From an uncultured cyanobacterium (GTDB taxonomy: Bacteria > Cyanobacteriota > Cyanobacteriia > Leptolyngbyales > Leptolyngbyaceae), in assembly GCA_963766075.1 (NCBI GenBank), contig CAVYAN010000048.1, forward strand, positions 32,001 through 96,000: a stretch of DNA of 64,000 nucleotides, written 5' to 3'. Positions 28,425-39,120 of this stretch are shown in pieces (within the stretch, counting starts at the first letter, position 1; each line of letters begins with the position of its first letter). The notes under the pieces are model-generated. The model saw only the letters and a program-made list of their open reading frames with translations, was not told where the DNA came from and searched no databases. The position numbers and the translations under genes are program-made.

Positions 28425-29398
28425 TGGGCGGTGGCCTTGAGAAACGGTTGAGAGCCTTAAGCCAAAAATTTCCGCCTCAAGTCTTGGAACTCACGGAGCG
28501 ACGGCAGCACAGAATCCCCAAGGGTTATCCATCGGGACGTTTCGTCTGCGATGCCATGGGCATGATTTTGCTCTCCAGCTTTGCCCCAGCGCATATTCAG
28601 GATGACGTGGATCGGGAAGCCGCAGGGATTATAGCTCTGTGGTGTTCGGGGCCAAATCCGGTTTATTGCATCCAGCGCGACATGCTGGAGGACTGCAAAA
28701 AAATTGCACTGCCGAGCACAGTGGGCCTGCTGGATGACTTCGACCAGAGCTTGAATCGGTTTGTGATTTGCTTCCCCGAGGGGTCAATGCCGACTCCAGA
28801 GGGCAACAGTCTGGAGTTCGTCGTTGTGTCTTTTTCGTGCCGTGACACGCTGGGGGATTCAACGACTGTCGGCGGGTTCATTCTGGAAGTTCACCCAGAA
28901 AGGTTTGACGATCTCGCGGTGTCTTGGTGCGGTGTGGATTCACTAGGTGTCATCTGGATCGGCCAAGTTTCAGCAAACAAAGGCGAGGCGGTGAAGCCAA
29001 AAAAAGGCAACTTGCGCGGCCTGACTCTTGACGACGGCGATCGTAAATTCATTGCCGATATTGACCGGATCATTCTGCTCTGTATGCTCTCGCTGAACTT
29101 TGAGCCGGAGCTGATTGAGGAGGCGACGGCGGGAGGCTTTAGCCAAGGGGTTGGGTTCGGTTCTCCAAAGGCTCGGGCGGCTCAGTCGGATGCTGATCGG
29201 CTGATTCCGGCTCGCTGGATTGGGCGGAAATATAAGCCTATGCCGACAGTGAAGACTCCTCACCAGGGGGGAACCCACCGAAGGCCCAAGGCTCACTATC
29301 GAGGCCCGCACGCTCGGCGCGTGGCGATTGGGAAGGGGCGCACGGGTCGGAAATGGATTCGGGTACCGGGGCGGATTATCAATAGGGGGATAGAGTAA
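28421..29398 (+). CDS. Hypothetical phage protein with basic His-containing C-terminus
   Basis: C-terminal PKAHYRGPHARR...GRTGRKWIRV, a pattern seen in uncharacterised phage proteins. Confidence 0.6.
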   Translation: MMGGGLEKRLRALSQKFPPQVLELTERRQHRIPKGYPSGRFVCDAMGMILLSSFAPAHIQDDVDREAAGIIALWCSGPNPVYCIQRDMLEDCKKIALPSTVGLLDDFDQSLNRFVICFPEGSMPTPEGNSLEFVVVSFSCRDTLGDSTTVGGFILEVHPERFDDLAVSWCGVDSLGVIWIGQVSANKGEAVKPKKGNLRGLTLDDGDRKFIADIDRIILLCMLSLNFEPELIEEATAGGFSQGVGFGSPKARAAQSDADRLIPARWIGRKYKPMPTVKTPHQGGTHRRPKAHYRGPHARRVAIGKGRTGRKWIRVPGRIINRGIE

Positions 29399-29799
29399 TG
29401 GGCCAACTGAGTTTGTTTGATTGCATAGCGGAAGCAGTACCAGAGGTGGCCGCGCCGAAGCCAGCGCTGAAGGTTGAGGTGACCGTGGTTCCAGTGCCGA
29501 AGCCAGAGCCAGAGGTGGCCGTGATGCGCACGCCGCAGCCGAAGTTCAACCGGAATTTAGTAAGCTATTTGGACACTAAGGCATCTGTTCTTTTGAAACT
29601 AATGCTCACCGTGCAAGGCTCGAATCGGGATTCAGAGTATAGGCGGCATGAGATCACGCGCATTTTCAGGCAGCGGCGGCAAGTGTTGGCCCAGATAGAG
29701 ATCGCCCGCTACGGACCTATCAACTTGATTCCTGTACAGAAATCAAACATCAGCCAAATTATTGATTTGTGTACATTAATCAAACTTTGGCCAGACTGA
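29398..29799 (+). CDS. Hypothetical protein
   Basis: Coupled to the upstream ORF; N-terminal QLSLF. Confidence 0.5.
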   Translation: MGQLSLFDCIAEAVPEVAAPKPALKVEVTVVPVPKPEPEVAVMRTPQPKFNRNLVSYLDTKASVLLKLMLTVQGSNRDSEYRRHEITRIFRQRRQVLAQIEIARYGPINLIPVQKSNISQIIDLCTLIKLWPD

Positions 29800-29859
29800 T
29801 TTCTGTACAAAAATCAAACGTGAGTGAAACGGGCCTTTTGATTTTTGTACAATAATCAA
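29725..29859. repeat. Cluster of four 22-bp palindromes (candidate parS centromere/operator array)
   Basis: Copies at 29725-29746, 29762-29783, 29796-29817 and 29838-29859. Confidence 0.8.
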
Positions 29860-29885
29860 CCATGAACAAATGGAGCTGGGGATAG

Positions 29886-30446
29886 ATGGGAAGAACAATA
29901 TGCGCATCGTTCACCCCAGAGCTGAAGGCGGTGATTGAGGAAAGGGCGTTCCCTGGAGAGACATTGACTCAAACTGTGCGCAGGCTGAGTGCGATCGCAC
30001 TCCCCGCCCTTGCCGGGGATCCGCCTCAAGAAGTGGCGCAGGCTGTTTGGAAAATGGGCGGGCCTGGAGCGGAGGAATTGACACTACGCATTCCTGACAG
30101 TGTGGCGTCTGGAGTAGCCCACTTGTCTCAAAGCTTTTGCAAGGGGAAAGAGGGTCGGGCTTTTGTGCGCCTGGTGGTCTACGGATTGTGCCTCCCTGCT
30201 GAGACTCCCTTGAAAAATGTTCAGGAGTTTGAAAAGTTTTTGCGTGAAAATTTCACCAGCGCTGAGAGGCAGAGCCTACGGCACACTCTGGAAGAGTTGG
30301 ATCTCCATTGCAGCAGAGTCGCTTCAGAGGGTTGGCTACTGAAGCTTCAGGAGCGAAAGGTAATTAGGTTGTTCAGCACTCCGACCAACGAGTTCAGCAG
30401 TGTCTACGTGGGTGGAAAGCCTTTCTTCTCCTGGGTGTGGAAGTGA
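29886..30446 (+). CDS. Hypothetical protein, possible tandem RHH-like DNA-binding regions
   Basis: RTICASFTPELKAVIE...TLTQTVRRL and LTLRIPDSV patterns. Confidence 0.45.
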   Translation: MGRTICASFTPELKAVIEERAFPGETLTQTVRRLSAIALPALAGDPPQEVAQAVWKMGGPGAEELTLRIPDSVASGVAHLSQSFCKGKEGRAFVRLVVYGLCLPAETPLKNVQEFEKFLRENFTSAERQSLRHTLEELDLHCSRVASEGWLLKLQERKVIRLFSTPTNEFSSVYVGGKPFFSWVWK

Positions 30447-30941
30447 TCTCAAAACAGTGATCTCTGATCTCTGATCTCACTGATCTCATTTTTGTTTGAT
30501 TTTTCTAGGGGTTTGAGATCGCCTAGAAATGAGTTCATTTGTACCACCTAGAGCGGGGTAGTACACAATTTAATTTCTTGATAAAGTATTAGTACTCACT
30601 GTAAAGAGTGTGTAAAGTTTTCAGTAATTAATACGAATTAGACAAGGGAATTAGTAATATAGGGATTCCCACGGCTAAGGCTAGGGGCGAACAAATCTGT
30701 ATATTTTTTGGTCATGGCTTAAAAATAACAGCATAGCTGAAACGGTTAGTAACCGTTGTGAGGATCGCTATACAGTCACGGCTGTTTAGCCGCTCACAGG
30801 CATCATGCGATCTGCTATTGGCGCATGTATCTATATAGAACCTAGGGATTAGGCGGCATTTAGATACAGCGGGAATCGATACCCGCGATCGCGATTCCGG
30901 ATCCTATATATGTATCCGGATATTCCAACCAAGTACACCAA

Positions 30942-31688
<747 letters not shown>

Positions 31689-31761
31689 TCCTCTGATAGC
31701 GCTAGGGATAAGAGGATCCCTAGCGCTTAATCTTTTATTAAAACTAACTAGAGTAACTATC

Positions 31762-32670
31762 ATGTCTTTATTTGCAGAACTCTTCCAATCAGTGGCTAAA
31801 CCAGAAATAGAAACGGAAATACAAGCAAACAAGCAATCAAACAAGCAATCAAATATAACAGCTAGGTTGCAAGCCGATCACGAAGCTCTATCCTACCAAA
31901 GGATGTTAAACGCTAGGGATCGCGCTATGCCTAGCTCTGCTAAGGGGAAACCGTGGCAAGTATCCCACGGTTTGATGTCTATCCGCCTAGTCCCATTTGG
32001 ATTCAGAGGCGATCCTAAAGTCGCCTTAATTCAGTATCGCTTAATTCCTAAAGGGATAATTCATAATCCCTTTATCGGGGATTTTTGGAGAAAGTTATTT
32101 AATACCGGACTAGATGAAAGCATGATCGCATTGTGGGCGATCATGCTGTCAGATATATCTGACAGTGAGTATCAGGCCATCCAGGATCGGCTGAATACTC
32201 GCGAGTGGCAACACTTGGGACATTTAGAAATTATGGGAGAAGGGATAAAGGTTATAGCTCGCTGTACGGAATACCCTAGGCTAGATAGGGGCATTAGAGA
32301 ACACGCGATCGCGCTACTGCGATCCATTGGGATTGTATCCGGGGATTGTCTTAAAAGTAGTTTAATCCCTAACAGAGGGAAATCGATTTTTCTGGATCCG
32401 CTTGTGGCGGATCATTTGAGGATCCAGATCTCAAATGAGGGGGATCATAATTATCCCTACTCAATAAAATATGACGGTAGGGATCGGCATCCTACTGAAT
32501 TAATGCAACCTGGGATCTCAACATATCGCCCGTCAAGGCAATCTGACAGATCAACTGTTAAAAAACTACGGAAAAAAGTTAGACAACAATCCAGAGAATT
32601 GGATCAGTTACATGGAAAAGTTTCTGATCAGAATAAAAAGCTTGCAAAGCTTAGACAATACGATTTTTAA
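31762..32670 (+). CDS. Hypothetical protein, in the AT-rich island
   Basis: 302-aa ORF with basic coiled-coil C-terminus. Confidence 0.65.
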   Translation: MSLFAELFQSVAKPEIETEIQANKQSNKQSNITARLQADHEALSYQRMLNARDRAMPSSAKGKPWQVSHGLMSIRLVPFGFRGDPKVALIQYRLIPKGIIHNPFIGDFWRKLFNTGLDESMIALWAIMLSDISDSEYQAIQDRLNTREWQHLGHLEIMGEGIKVIARCTEYPRLDRGIREHAIALLRSIGIVSGDCLKSSLIPNRGKSIFLDPLVADHLRIQISNEGDHNYPYSIKYDGRDRHPTELMQPGISTYRPSRQSDRSTVKKLRKKVRQQSRELDQLHGKVSDQNKKLAKLRQYDF

Positions 32671-32685
32671 GACTTTGCAAGCCAC

Positions 32686-32960
32686 ACAACAAAACCCTAG
32701 GCTATTTCCCTATAGCCTAGGGTTTTGTTGTTTCTAGGCGGCATAGCGCTTTGCTAATAGCGCTTTACAGGATACGTGTATCTATAGCCTAATAACAAAA
32801 CCCTAGGCTATTTCCCTATAGCCTAGGGTTTTGTTGTTTCTAGGCGGCATAGCGCTTTGCTAATAGCGCTTTGCTAATAGCGCTTTACAGGATACGTGTA
32901 TCTATAGCCTAATAACAAAACCCTAGGCTATTTCCCTATAGCCTAGGGTTTTGTTGTTTC
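32686..32960. repeat. Three tandem 106-120-bp units, each with an 18-bp perfect inverted repeat
   Basis: AACAAAACCCTAGGCTAT-TTCCCT-ATAGCCTAGGGTTTTGTT at 32688, 32794 and 32914. Confidence 0.92.
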
Positions 32961-33199
32961 TGGGTGCCCTAACACTGGAGAGGATCGACAGGATCGATCT
33001 GTCTGTACTCTGCAATCCATGCAACAAAGCGCGATGCGGTTACCCTACGGAATAGGGTAGTTTCGTCGTAGTTTTTGCCGTTGATCGTGACATACTGTAG
33101 TTAAAAAGGAGTAGCTATGTACTTGCGACCAGAGCCATTCCTCTCCGGCAGGCAAGCCGATCTACCGTTGTAAAAAATGTAAAAAATGAGGAAGGGAAG

Positions 33200-33442
33200 A
33201 TGAAGCTCATAAAATTTCACCCTCAGAGCTTCTGTCACGAGTACAGAAGAAAGGGGGACTTGCGCACATCTCTGGGGTTCGGTGACACTCCGGAGAGTGC
33301 TAGGCGGAATGCCGTGTACGGTCCTCACGATGAGGACAACACTGCCAGGGATCATCCCCTAGGATTTGGGGACTGGGAGCTGCGGGAAGATAGGGACGGC
33401 GATCACCATGCACGCAAAAGAGGCATTGCCTTGCCTGATTAA
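33200..33442 (+). CDS. Hypothetical protein
   Basis: Purine-rich RBS; first of the + strand accessory genes. Confidence 0.4.
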   Translation: MKLIKFHPQSFCHEYRRKGDLRTSLGFGDTPESARRNAVYGPHDEDNTARDHPLGFGDWELREDRDGDHHARKRGIALPD

Positions 33443-33506
33443 TAACGTCCCCGCTGACTGGGGAAGCAAATCATTCAACAAATAACAAATAAGGAAGGAC
33501 AAACAA

Positions 33507-34406
33507 ATGGAAACCACCACCATGACCGTCAAGACCGCGATCGCTCAACTGGCCGAAACACTCGGGGAAACTCAGTGGGTCAGCCATACGCTGCCCTTTC
33601 CCGACCCTGAGTCATACAAGCAGTGGGCGTTCTCGCGTGAGCAGTTCCTGCTCGCGCAGAAGATTGTGTCTGGGGCAAATCTTGGCCCCGATCTGGAAGG
33701 GTCGATCAGTTTCTTGGAGGCGCGGCGCGATCGCCTTCACGAGCAGGCTCAAGGAAACTGGGAGGATTACGGAGTTTACCAATTGGGCAATAGTTATTGC
33801 CAAAGTGGATGGCAAGAATACACCGATGATGAAGGGGAGGAATTCCTCTTCTTTTGGTATGAAACTACGAGTGGAACCCTCTTGTTCCACCAGGTTTCGG
33901 AGCAGCAAGAAAACTGGGGGATCTACCTCCCCAAAAGTCGGAAAGGGGGACTGCACGATCGCGAGCTGACTCGCGTGCAGCTCGGGATGACCAGTGAGCA
34001 ATACCAGCGGTGGTACAACTCGGACTGCTTGGGGGATGACAAAATCCCCGACTACTCGGAGTGGGCTAAGTGGCACAACGAGCACATGGTGCCCGAGGGG
34101 TGGCCACCCATGCTCAATGGGGAGCAATTCCTTTTGGATCGGCGGATCCATCGAATCCTCATGGATGTCCATGGGGACTGGGCGGAAGAGTTCGGCATCG
34201 GGAAGGCGATCAAAAGCCTGATTAATTTTTGCCCCAATTGCGAGGGCATGGGAACTCCCCCGAAAGGGAGCGATCGCCTGCGGTTCGCAAAAAGCGTTCT
34301 CAAAGATTTAGAGGACACCGCCACTCGATGGCGAAACCTTATGGCCGAATGGAAGGAGGAACCTGACGAGGTTGACTATGACGGGCCGGAAGAAGATTAC
34401 CTGTAA
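33507..34406 (+). CDS. Acidic, aromatic-rich hypothetical protein
   Basis: RBS AAGGA; 299 aa. Confidence 0.65.
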   Translation: METTTMTVKTAIAQLAETLGETQWVSHTLPFPDPESYKQWAFSREQFLLAQKIVSGANLGPDLEGSISFLEARRDRLHEQAQGNWEDYGVYQLGNSYCQSGWQEYTDDEGEEFLFFWYETTSGTLLFHQVSEQQENWGIYLPKSRKGGLHDRELTRVQLGMTSEQYQRWYNSDCLGDDKIPDYSEWAKWHNEHMVPEGWPPMLNGEQFLLDRRIHRILMDVHGDWAEEFGIGKAIKSLINFCPNCEGMGTPPKGSDRLRFAKSVLKDLEDTATRWRNLMAEWKEEPDEVDYDGPEEDYL

Positions 34407-34421
34407 CAGGAGGATTGAACA

Positions 34422-35159
34422 ATGCGCTACACCATCGCGTCTGACCCCGCGACAGTTCTACATTTACTGGAACTGATCGCGCTTGTCAAAGCTCGGACTG
34501 CCGCCGATCAGGGTGACGACTATGGCCGTTTAGCCAAACAGTTCGTCCCCTTTGAGGACAAGGCGACGGCGGTTGCTGCCGTTGAGGCGATCGCCGCTCT
34601 GACAGACGAACAAAGGGGAGACTTGTCCTACCTGGTCCTTATGGATCGGCAGGATTTGTTAAATCGCCCTAGCTTCCTCTGGGATTTGCGGAATGGCGAG
34701 ATCCCAGACACGGGAACCCCTGGCGAACATGGGGTTGTTGGACACTACGCCATCCCCCTTGCTCCAGGGCGGGATTATTTTTCCCAGTTTATTCCACAAG
34801 GGGACTGCTCCCCCCTTGTGGCAGAGGGGTGGGCAGCCTTCTATTACTCGGAGTCGGCCTGCCATGCCACGGCAAAGCAGATCCAGCGGCTCTTAGGGTC
34901 GGGTTGGACCATGACAGCAAAGCGACTACTCAGAGAGCAGGGCGTGCCCATCTGTTACTCGCTGCGCTTCACGAGCACGGTGGCCAACCTGGTAGAACTG
35001 TCCTTCACCTTGGTCGGACAAGGGCAGATACTCATTGGCTCGATCACAACCCTAGAGCACATGGCAAAGGGGGCGAAGTTTTTCAACGTTCTCGACACTG
35101 ACAGCGGGCGGCTTCGCTCCGGCTCTGACTGCCGAGGAGGAGTATGGCAATATCCATAA
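34422..35159 (+). CDS. Hypothetical protein
   Basis: RBS AGGAGG. Confidence 0.65.
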   Translation: MRYTIASDPATVLHLLELIALVKARTAADQGDDYGRLAKQFVPFEDKATAVAAVEAIAALTDEQRGDLSYLVLMDRQDLLNRPSFLWDLRNGEIPDTGTPGEHGVVGHYAIPLAPGRDYFSQFIPQGDCSPLVAEGWAAFYYSESACHATAKQIQRLLGSGWTMTAKRLLREQGVPICYSLRFTSTVANLVELSFTLVGQGQILIGSITTLEHMAKGAKFFNVLDTDSGRLRSGSDCRGGVWQYP

Positions 35160-35683
35160 TGTCCGAAGAGGCTTGGCTTTGCACCAAGCGCAAGCTGGTC
35201 AAAATTGTGCCCGTAAAACAGTCCTGCGGGGGCTTCATCATTGAAGCCAACCCTCCGACAAGTCTTTCTCAGCACCCCATCAAGGGGCGGTTTTTGACCG
35301 AGGCAGATTGTGAGGCTGCGATCGCCCAGTGGATCGCAGAAACGTTTGACTATCAAGTCTATCTGGCGGCTTGCCAGAAGCGGGCGGAATTGTTGCAGAA
35401 ACGAGCCACGCTAACCGGGCTCAAATATCTGACCACTGAGCCTGGTTACTGGCTCAACCGCCTGCCAAATAACTGGGAGTGTGTCGGGCGCAGCAACGGC
35501 AATGGCGTGGCTACGCTCTACCTCGCGGGCACTGGACAGCCGCCCAATTGGTCGGAGGATATCCCCACCAGTGGCTTCCGCGATTGGACGGGTGAATGGA
35601 CTCAATTCATTACATCGGTCCCCGAGGAGAGCAAGGTGGCTCTGTCCTTCTGGGACCGCCATGTAGGACTAGACAAATACTAG
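35144..35683 (+). CDS. Hypothetical protein
   Basis: RBS GAGGAG, overlapping the upstream ORF. Confidence 0.6.
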   Translation: MAISIMSEEAWLCTKRKLVKIVPVKQSCGGFIIEANPPTSLSQHPIKGRFLTEADCEAAIAQWIAETFDYQVYLAACQKRAELLQKRATLTGLKYLTTEPGYWLNRLPNNWECVGRSNGNGVATLYLAGTGQPPNWSEDIPTSGFRDWTGEWTQFITSVPEESKVALSFWDRHVGLDKY

Positions 35684-35691
35684 GAGAAAAC

Positions 35692-36495
35692 ATGCCAACA
35701 ACAACACAAGTGGCGGCAATGGTGCAAGCCGCTATCGGGGAACTAGACCCCCTGGAATTCGAGTTTGAAGGGTTGGACCTTCAGTATCATCCCAGGCTCG
35801 GCACGTCGTATGCAAAGACTGGGACTGAAGTGACCGAGGAGCTTTTCCTCGGCATTTCATGGTGGCAGTATCCCGCTATTGTCATTCGAGACAAAAAGTT
35901 GTCTGAAACTGACGATCTGGCGATCGCACTGCCCACAGATAGTCAAGAGTCTGTCACTTTGGCAGTGGCCGAATTGTGGCATCGGCACCTAACAGCTCTG
36001 ACCGAAAGCTGGAATGTCAGCCCGCCAACAAAGCAAGCCCTGTGCTACTACGATGGCGATGACGTGAGGCAAGAAATCTTTGAAACGGTTCATCGTGGCG
36101 AGTTCGCCGCAGTGCCGTGGTTGACTTTTTGCGCCTTCACAAGGGCGTTTACGAGCACTCACGGGCCGGTCGAATTCCGCAAGGATTTGGCCTATCTGGA
36201 CGACTCCGGGGCGTTCACAGACCGCCGCGCCTTCCTTTACGAGTGGGATCTGGCGGGCATTAGCCCGCAGGAGATAACAGTCAACCGGAAGACGGCTGAC
36301 TGTGTTGACCGCATCAGACACCACTTCGGACACTGGGAGGGGTTTGAGCAGCAAACCGCGCTCTTCTGGTTTAAGAGCTGTAATGGAAACTGTCTGGTGG
36401 CGCTTTCCAAACCAGAAGAAAACTGTGTTCGGATCCACGTATCTAATCCGGACAGCAATTACGCAAAATGGATAAAAGACCATGGAAACAATTGA
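35692..36495 (+). CDS. Hypothetical protein
   Basis: Likely start MPTTTQ at 35692 after AGGAG. Confidence 0.6.
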   Translation: MPTTTQVAAMVQAAIGELDPLEFEFEGLDLQYHPRLGTSYAKTGTEVTEELFLGISWWQYPAIVIRDKKLSETDDLAIALPTDSQESVTLAVAELWHRHLTALTESWNVSPPTKQALCYYDGDDVRQEIFETVHRGEFAAVPWLTFCAFTRAFTSTHGPVEFRKDLAYLDDSGAFTDRRAFLYEWDLAGISPQEITVNRKTADCVDRIRHHFGHWEGFEQQTALFWFKSCNGNCLVALSKPEENCVRIHVSNPDSNYAKWIKDHGNN

Positions 36496-37336
36496 CCCTG
36501 AATTGTCCCAACTTTTGAACAAGCACCCGAACGTCCAGAGGGCGAGCGCGGGCGGGTGCTTGTTCATTGCGTCCGACCTTGACCCAAACCAGCGCGATCG
36601 CAAGGTTGTCCTGAACTTTGAATCCTGGGCGGAAACATTGATGTTCCTGCGCCGCCTGGACACCAGCCCATCCGTTGACCTAACCAAGGTCGATCGCATG
36701 GTTGCCAAGGTGGAACGAACCGGTCTAGACATGGCTGTTTCGGGTCTTGCTGAAGATCGGTGGGGCGATCCTCTGCCCCTTCGTGACGCGGACCTTGCCG
36801 ACTGGCTGATGGAAAGCATTGTCGATGCCGCCAGCAAGGAGTTTGACCCCGACTGTTTTGTTCTCACGCTGGAACAAAACAACATCTGCGGGGACTGCCT
36901 TCAGCCCCAAGAGGAAGGATGTCTTTTGCTCCACGATTTTGTGGAGGATGATGAAAAAGAAGTCCTTTTAGGCAAAAAATCGCAATGGGCAAATGTGTGG
37001 GGCGTTGACTCCGAATCGGTTGAGGCCATCTTGGCCCTACAGGAGTTGTGCCACAACGAAGATGTGTCCGCCGTATGGCCGGATAAGGCTTTCGTCCACT
37101 ACGTCCTACGTGCAGGGGTTTGGCTGCGTCCGGTCCCTGAAGCGCTGCCCATCTTCGCCCGACTAAGGGCGGCAAAATATCAAAAACTGGCTCAGGTTGA
37201 GCCGTCAGTGGTTCTGGCGTGGCTGTCCGCAGTAGCGGCTTACATCCAGTCGGAATTGGATGGCGGCTTTATGGAGCAGAGTGCTGCCGATGCAGCGATC
37301 GCGGAAGTTGAGAAAAACAGGGAGATTTACAAATGA
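36482..37336 (+). CDS. Acidic hypothetical protein
   Basis: Overlapping + strand ORF chain. Confidence 0.6.
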   Translation: METIDPELSQLLNKHPNVQRASAGGCLFIASDLDPNQRDRKVVLNFESWAETLMFLRRLDTSPSVDLTKVDRMVAKVERTGLDMAVSGLAEDRWGDPLPLRDADLADWLMESIVDAASKEFDPDCFVLTLEQNNICGDCLQPQEEGCLLLHDFVEDDEKEVLLGKKSQWANVWGVDSESVEAILALQELCHNEDVSAVWPDKAFVHYVLRAGVWLRPVPEALPIFARLRAAKYQKLAQVEPSVVLAWLSAVAAYIQSELDGGFMEQSAADAAIAEVEKNREIYK

Positions 37337-37554
37337 TTGACAAAAATCCCAAGACTCCCATGGAGGGATGGGGCATCCTCTACGTGAAGGAGGGAACCGT
37401 TCACGTAGTCGCGACGTATTCGCGACAAACCGATGCGGAGGCAAACGCCGCAAGCCTGAGACGCAAAATCAAGAAGGGCTGCGCAACTGGAACCTTGACC
37501 GTGTTTAGTTGGGCCGAATATCAGGAGCGGCAGAAACAGGAGGCAGTAGCGTAA
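37333..37554 (+). CDS. Hypothetical protein
   Basis: ATGA overlap. Confidence 0.5.
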   Translation: MIDKNPKTPMEGWGILYVKEGTVHVVATYSRQTDAEANAASLRRKIKKGCATGTLTVFSWAEYQERQKQEAVA

Positions 37555-37898
37555 TGTGGACTTTGCGGAATGTAATTGAAAAGGATTACATGGATCGGCT
37601 TGTCCGATCGGAGTTTGATGTGTCGGTTGTCGAAGAAAGAGGCGAGTTCTTCGTCAAGAGTGTGGAGGTCTACGGACAAGACAGATCCGTAACCTTCTAC
37701 ATAGAAGAAGGTGGGATCGTAGAGCAGCGATGCTCTAACCTCTACCTGTGGGAAGGGAGAGGGTTCCCATCGTATGAGTTGGCAAAAGAATTTGCCGTTA
37801 GATTCTTCGGAATTAAGAAGGCGAAGGGGGCGGGGCAGTACTTGCACCGGAAACCCGTTTATGTGGCATGTGGGGCAATGGTTGGAGGTAGGAGATGA
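37554..37898 (+). CDS. Hypothetical protein
   Basis: TAATG coupling; start MWTLRN. Confidence 0.5.
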   Translation: MWTLRNVIEKDYMDRLVRSEFDVSVVEERGEFFVKSVEVYGQDRSVTFYIEEGGIVEQRCSNLYLWEGRGFPSYELAKEFAVRFFGIKKAKGAGQYLHRKPVYVACGAMVGGRR

Positions 37899-38212
37899 TT
37901 ACTGTCAAAGAGTCGGAGCAACAGGAAGAATTCCTGTGCGCTGTAGAGGATAGGTTTGAGAAGATCCCTTTTCAGGTGTCTTACGCCAGATTCAGGCGGA
38001 TGGTTGACTACACGAAAAGTAACCCAAAGTCCTTCCGTGTCATTCGTAACGCTTGGCGATACGAATGTGCGAATGAAGCCAAGACTGTGCGGGACAGCCT
38101 TGAACGGCTTCTTGCCGTGATTGAATCTGAATTCAGTCATCCTGGCTTTAACTGGGAAATGGTTCTAAAAATCATCTCCCTAAAAATCCAGGGAGGGTCA
38201 GAATCATGCTGA
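37895..38212 (+). CDS. Hypothetical protein
   Basis: ATGA overlap. Confidence 0.55.
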   Translation: MITVKESEQQEEFLCAVEDRFEKIPFQVSYARFRRMVDYTKSNPKSFRVIRNAWRYECANEAKTVRDSLERLLAVIESEFSHPGFNWEMVLKIISLKIQGGSESC

Positions 38213-38508
38213 CCATAACCCGCTCAGGCGGGAGGATAGGCGATCGCAGCCAAAAGCTCTGCTGCGTCAAGGTCGATGCCGACAACACGGTTAATCCGGC
38301 AGTGTTCGCGGCGGAAGTGGCCAACGCTCAAGGGCGGCTCACTGGACCATTCCTGGTCGCCATCTCAGGGCATTGCCCCACTTGGGGTTACGCTCTCCTG
38401 GTTCATGCAGCCCATGCTAGTCAAGGCGTGGCGGTGTTTGATCCCAAGTGGGGATATGTCGTAGTTCAGTCCCACGTCCCTGGATTAACTGTGGGGTCAA
38501 CTTTCTAA
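38206..38508 (+). CDS. csx3: Csx3/Crn3-family protein (cyclic oligoadenylate ring nuclease-like)
   Basis: VAISGHCPTWGYALLVHAAH...VAVFDPKWG-YVVVQSH parallels the Csx3 consensus (ISGRxPIWLYxxLVHxxH...VAVYDPRLGxVVVxSH); about 100 aa. Confidence 0.8.
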   Translation: MLTITRSGGRIGDRSQKLCCVKVDADNTVNPAVFAAEVANAQGRLTGPFLVAISGHCPTWGYALLVHAAHASQGVAVFDPKWGYVVVQSHVPGLTVGSTF

Positions 38509-38527
38509 TACACAACCTGGAGGCGTT

Positions 38528-38683
38528 ATGAAATTCGACATAGGCGATGAAGTATATCGTCGCGAGGCTCCCCACAAAACGGGAGTCATCTGCGAGATCG
38601 ATAAAGCAACTCGCAGATACCGCGTGAAATGGCCCAGGAACAGGACTTGGAATCGGGAGGAATTCTTAGTAAAAGTGGGCTAA
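38528..38683 (+). CDS. Small SH3-like-fold protein (51 aa)
   Basis: RBS GGAGG; MKFDIGDEV...TGVICEID...YRVKW. Confidence 0.5.
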   Translation: MKFDIGDEVYRREAPHKTGVICEIDKATRRYRVKWPRNRTWNREEFLVKVG

Positions 38684-38699
38684 CTAATCTCAACCCAAT

Positions 38700-38746
38700 A
38701 CCCAAACAAAAGCGTCAGGGCTCTGTCCTGGCGCTTTTGTTTGGGT
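38700..38746 (+). terminator. Long hairpin / intrinsic terminator
   Basis: ACCCAAACAAAAGCG...CGCTTTTGTTTGGGT. Confidence 0.65.
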
Positions 38747-38766
38747 AAAACTCACCCAGGAGGGGT

Positions 38767-39120
38767 ATGGCCGACAAAGAACTAATCAGAGAGCGCCGCA
38801 AAACCCGCGCATCCCATTACGAGTGCATCCTCGAATACTGGGGCGACACAAAGGAGTTTTGGGTCAAAGTTGCGCTGCTGATAAACCTTGATACCAACGA
38901 CAACCCATCTGGCGGGAGTCGGTTCAAGACCGATGTGAAAGCGTCGAAGTCTCACAAACTTCAGATCGCTGTCACTCGGTACAACAAAAAGCTCGCCCAG
39001 GAAGCAATGCAACAGTTTCCAGATGTTGTAGAGCGCCTGATCCGAGCGTTTGAGCACAGCGATGGTCCCAGTTATTCTGAAGCCGTCAAAATACCATCAA
39101 CAGGAGAATGTCATGGATAG
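38767..39120 (+). CDS. Hypothetical protein, paralog A
   Basis: IRERRKT...VTRY...FPD-x-VE-x-LI-x2-FE-x2-DGPS shared with the next gene. Confidence 0.65.
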   Translation: MADKELIRERRKTRASHYECILEYWGDTKEFWVKVALLINLDTNDNPSGGSRFKTDVKASKSHKLQIAVTRYNKKLAQEAMQQFPDVVERLIRAFEHSDGPSYSEAVKIPSTGECHG

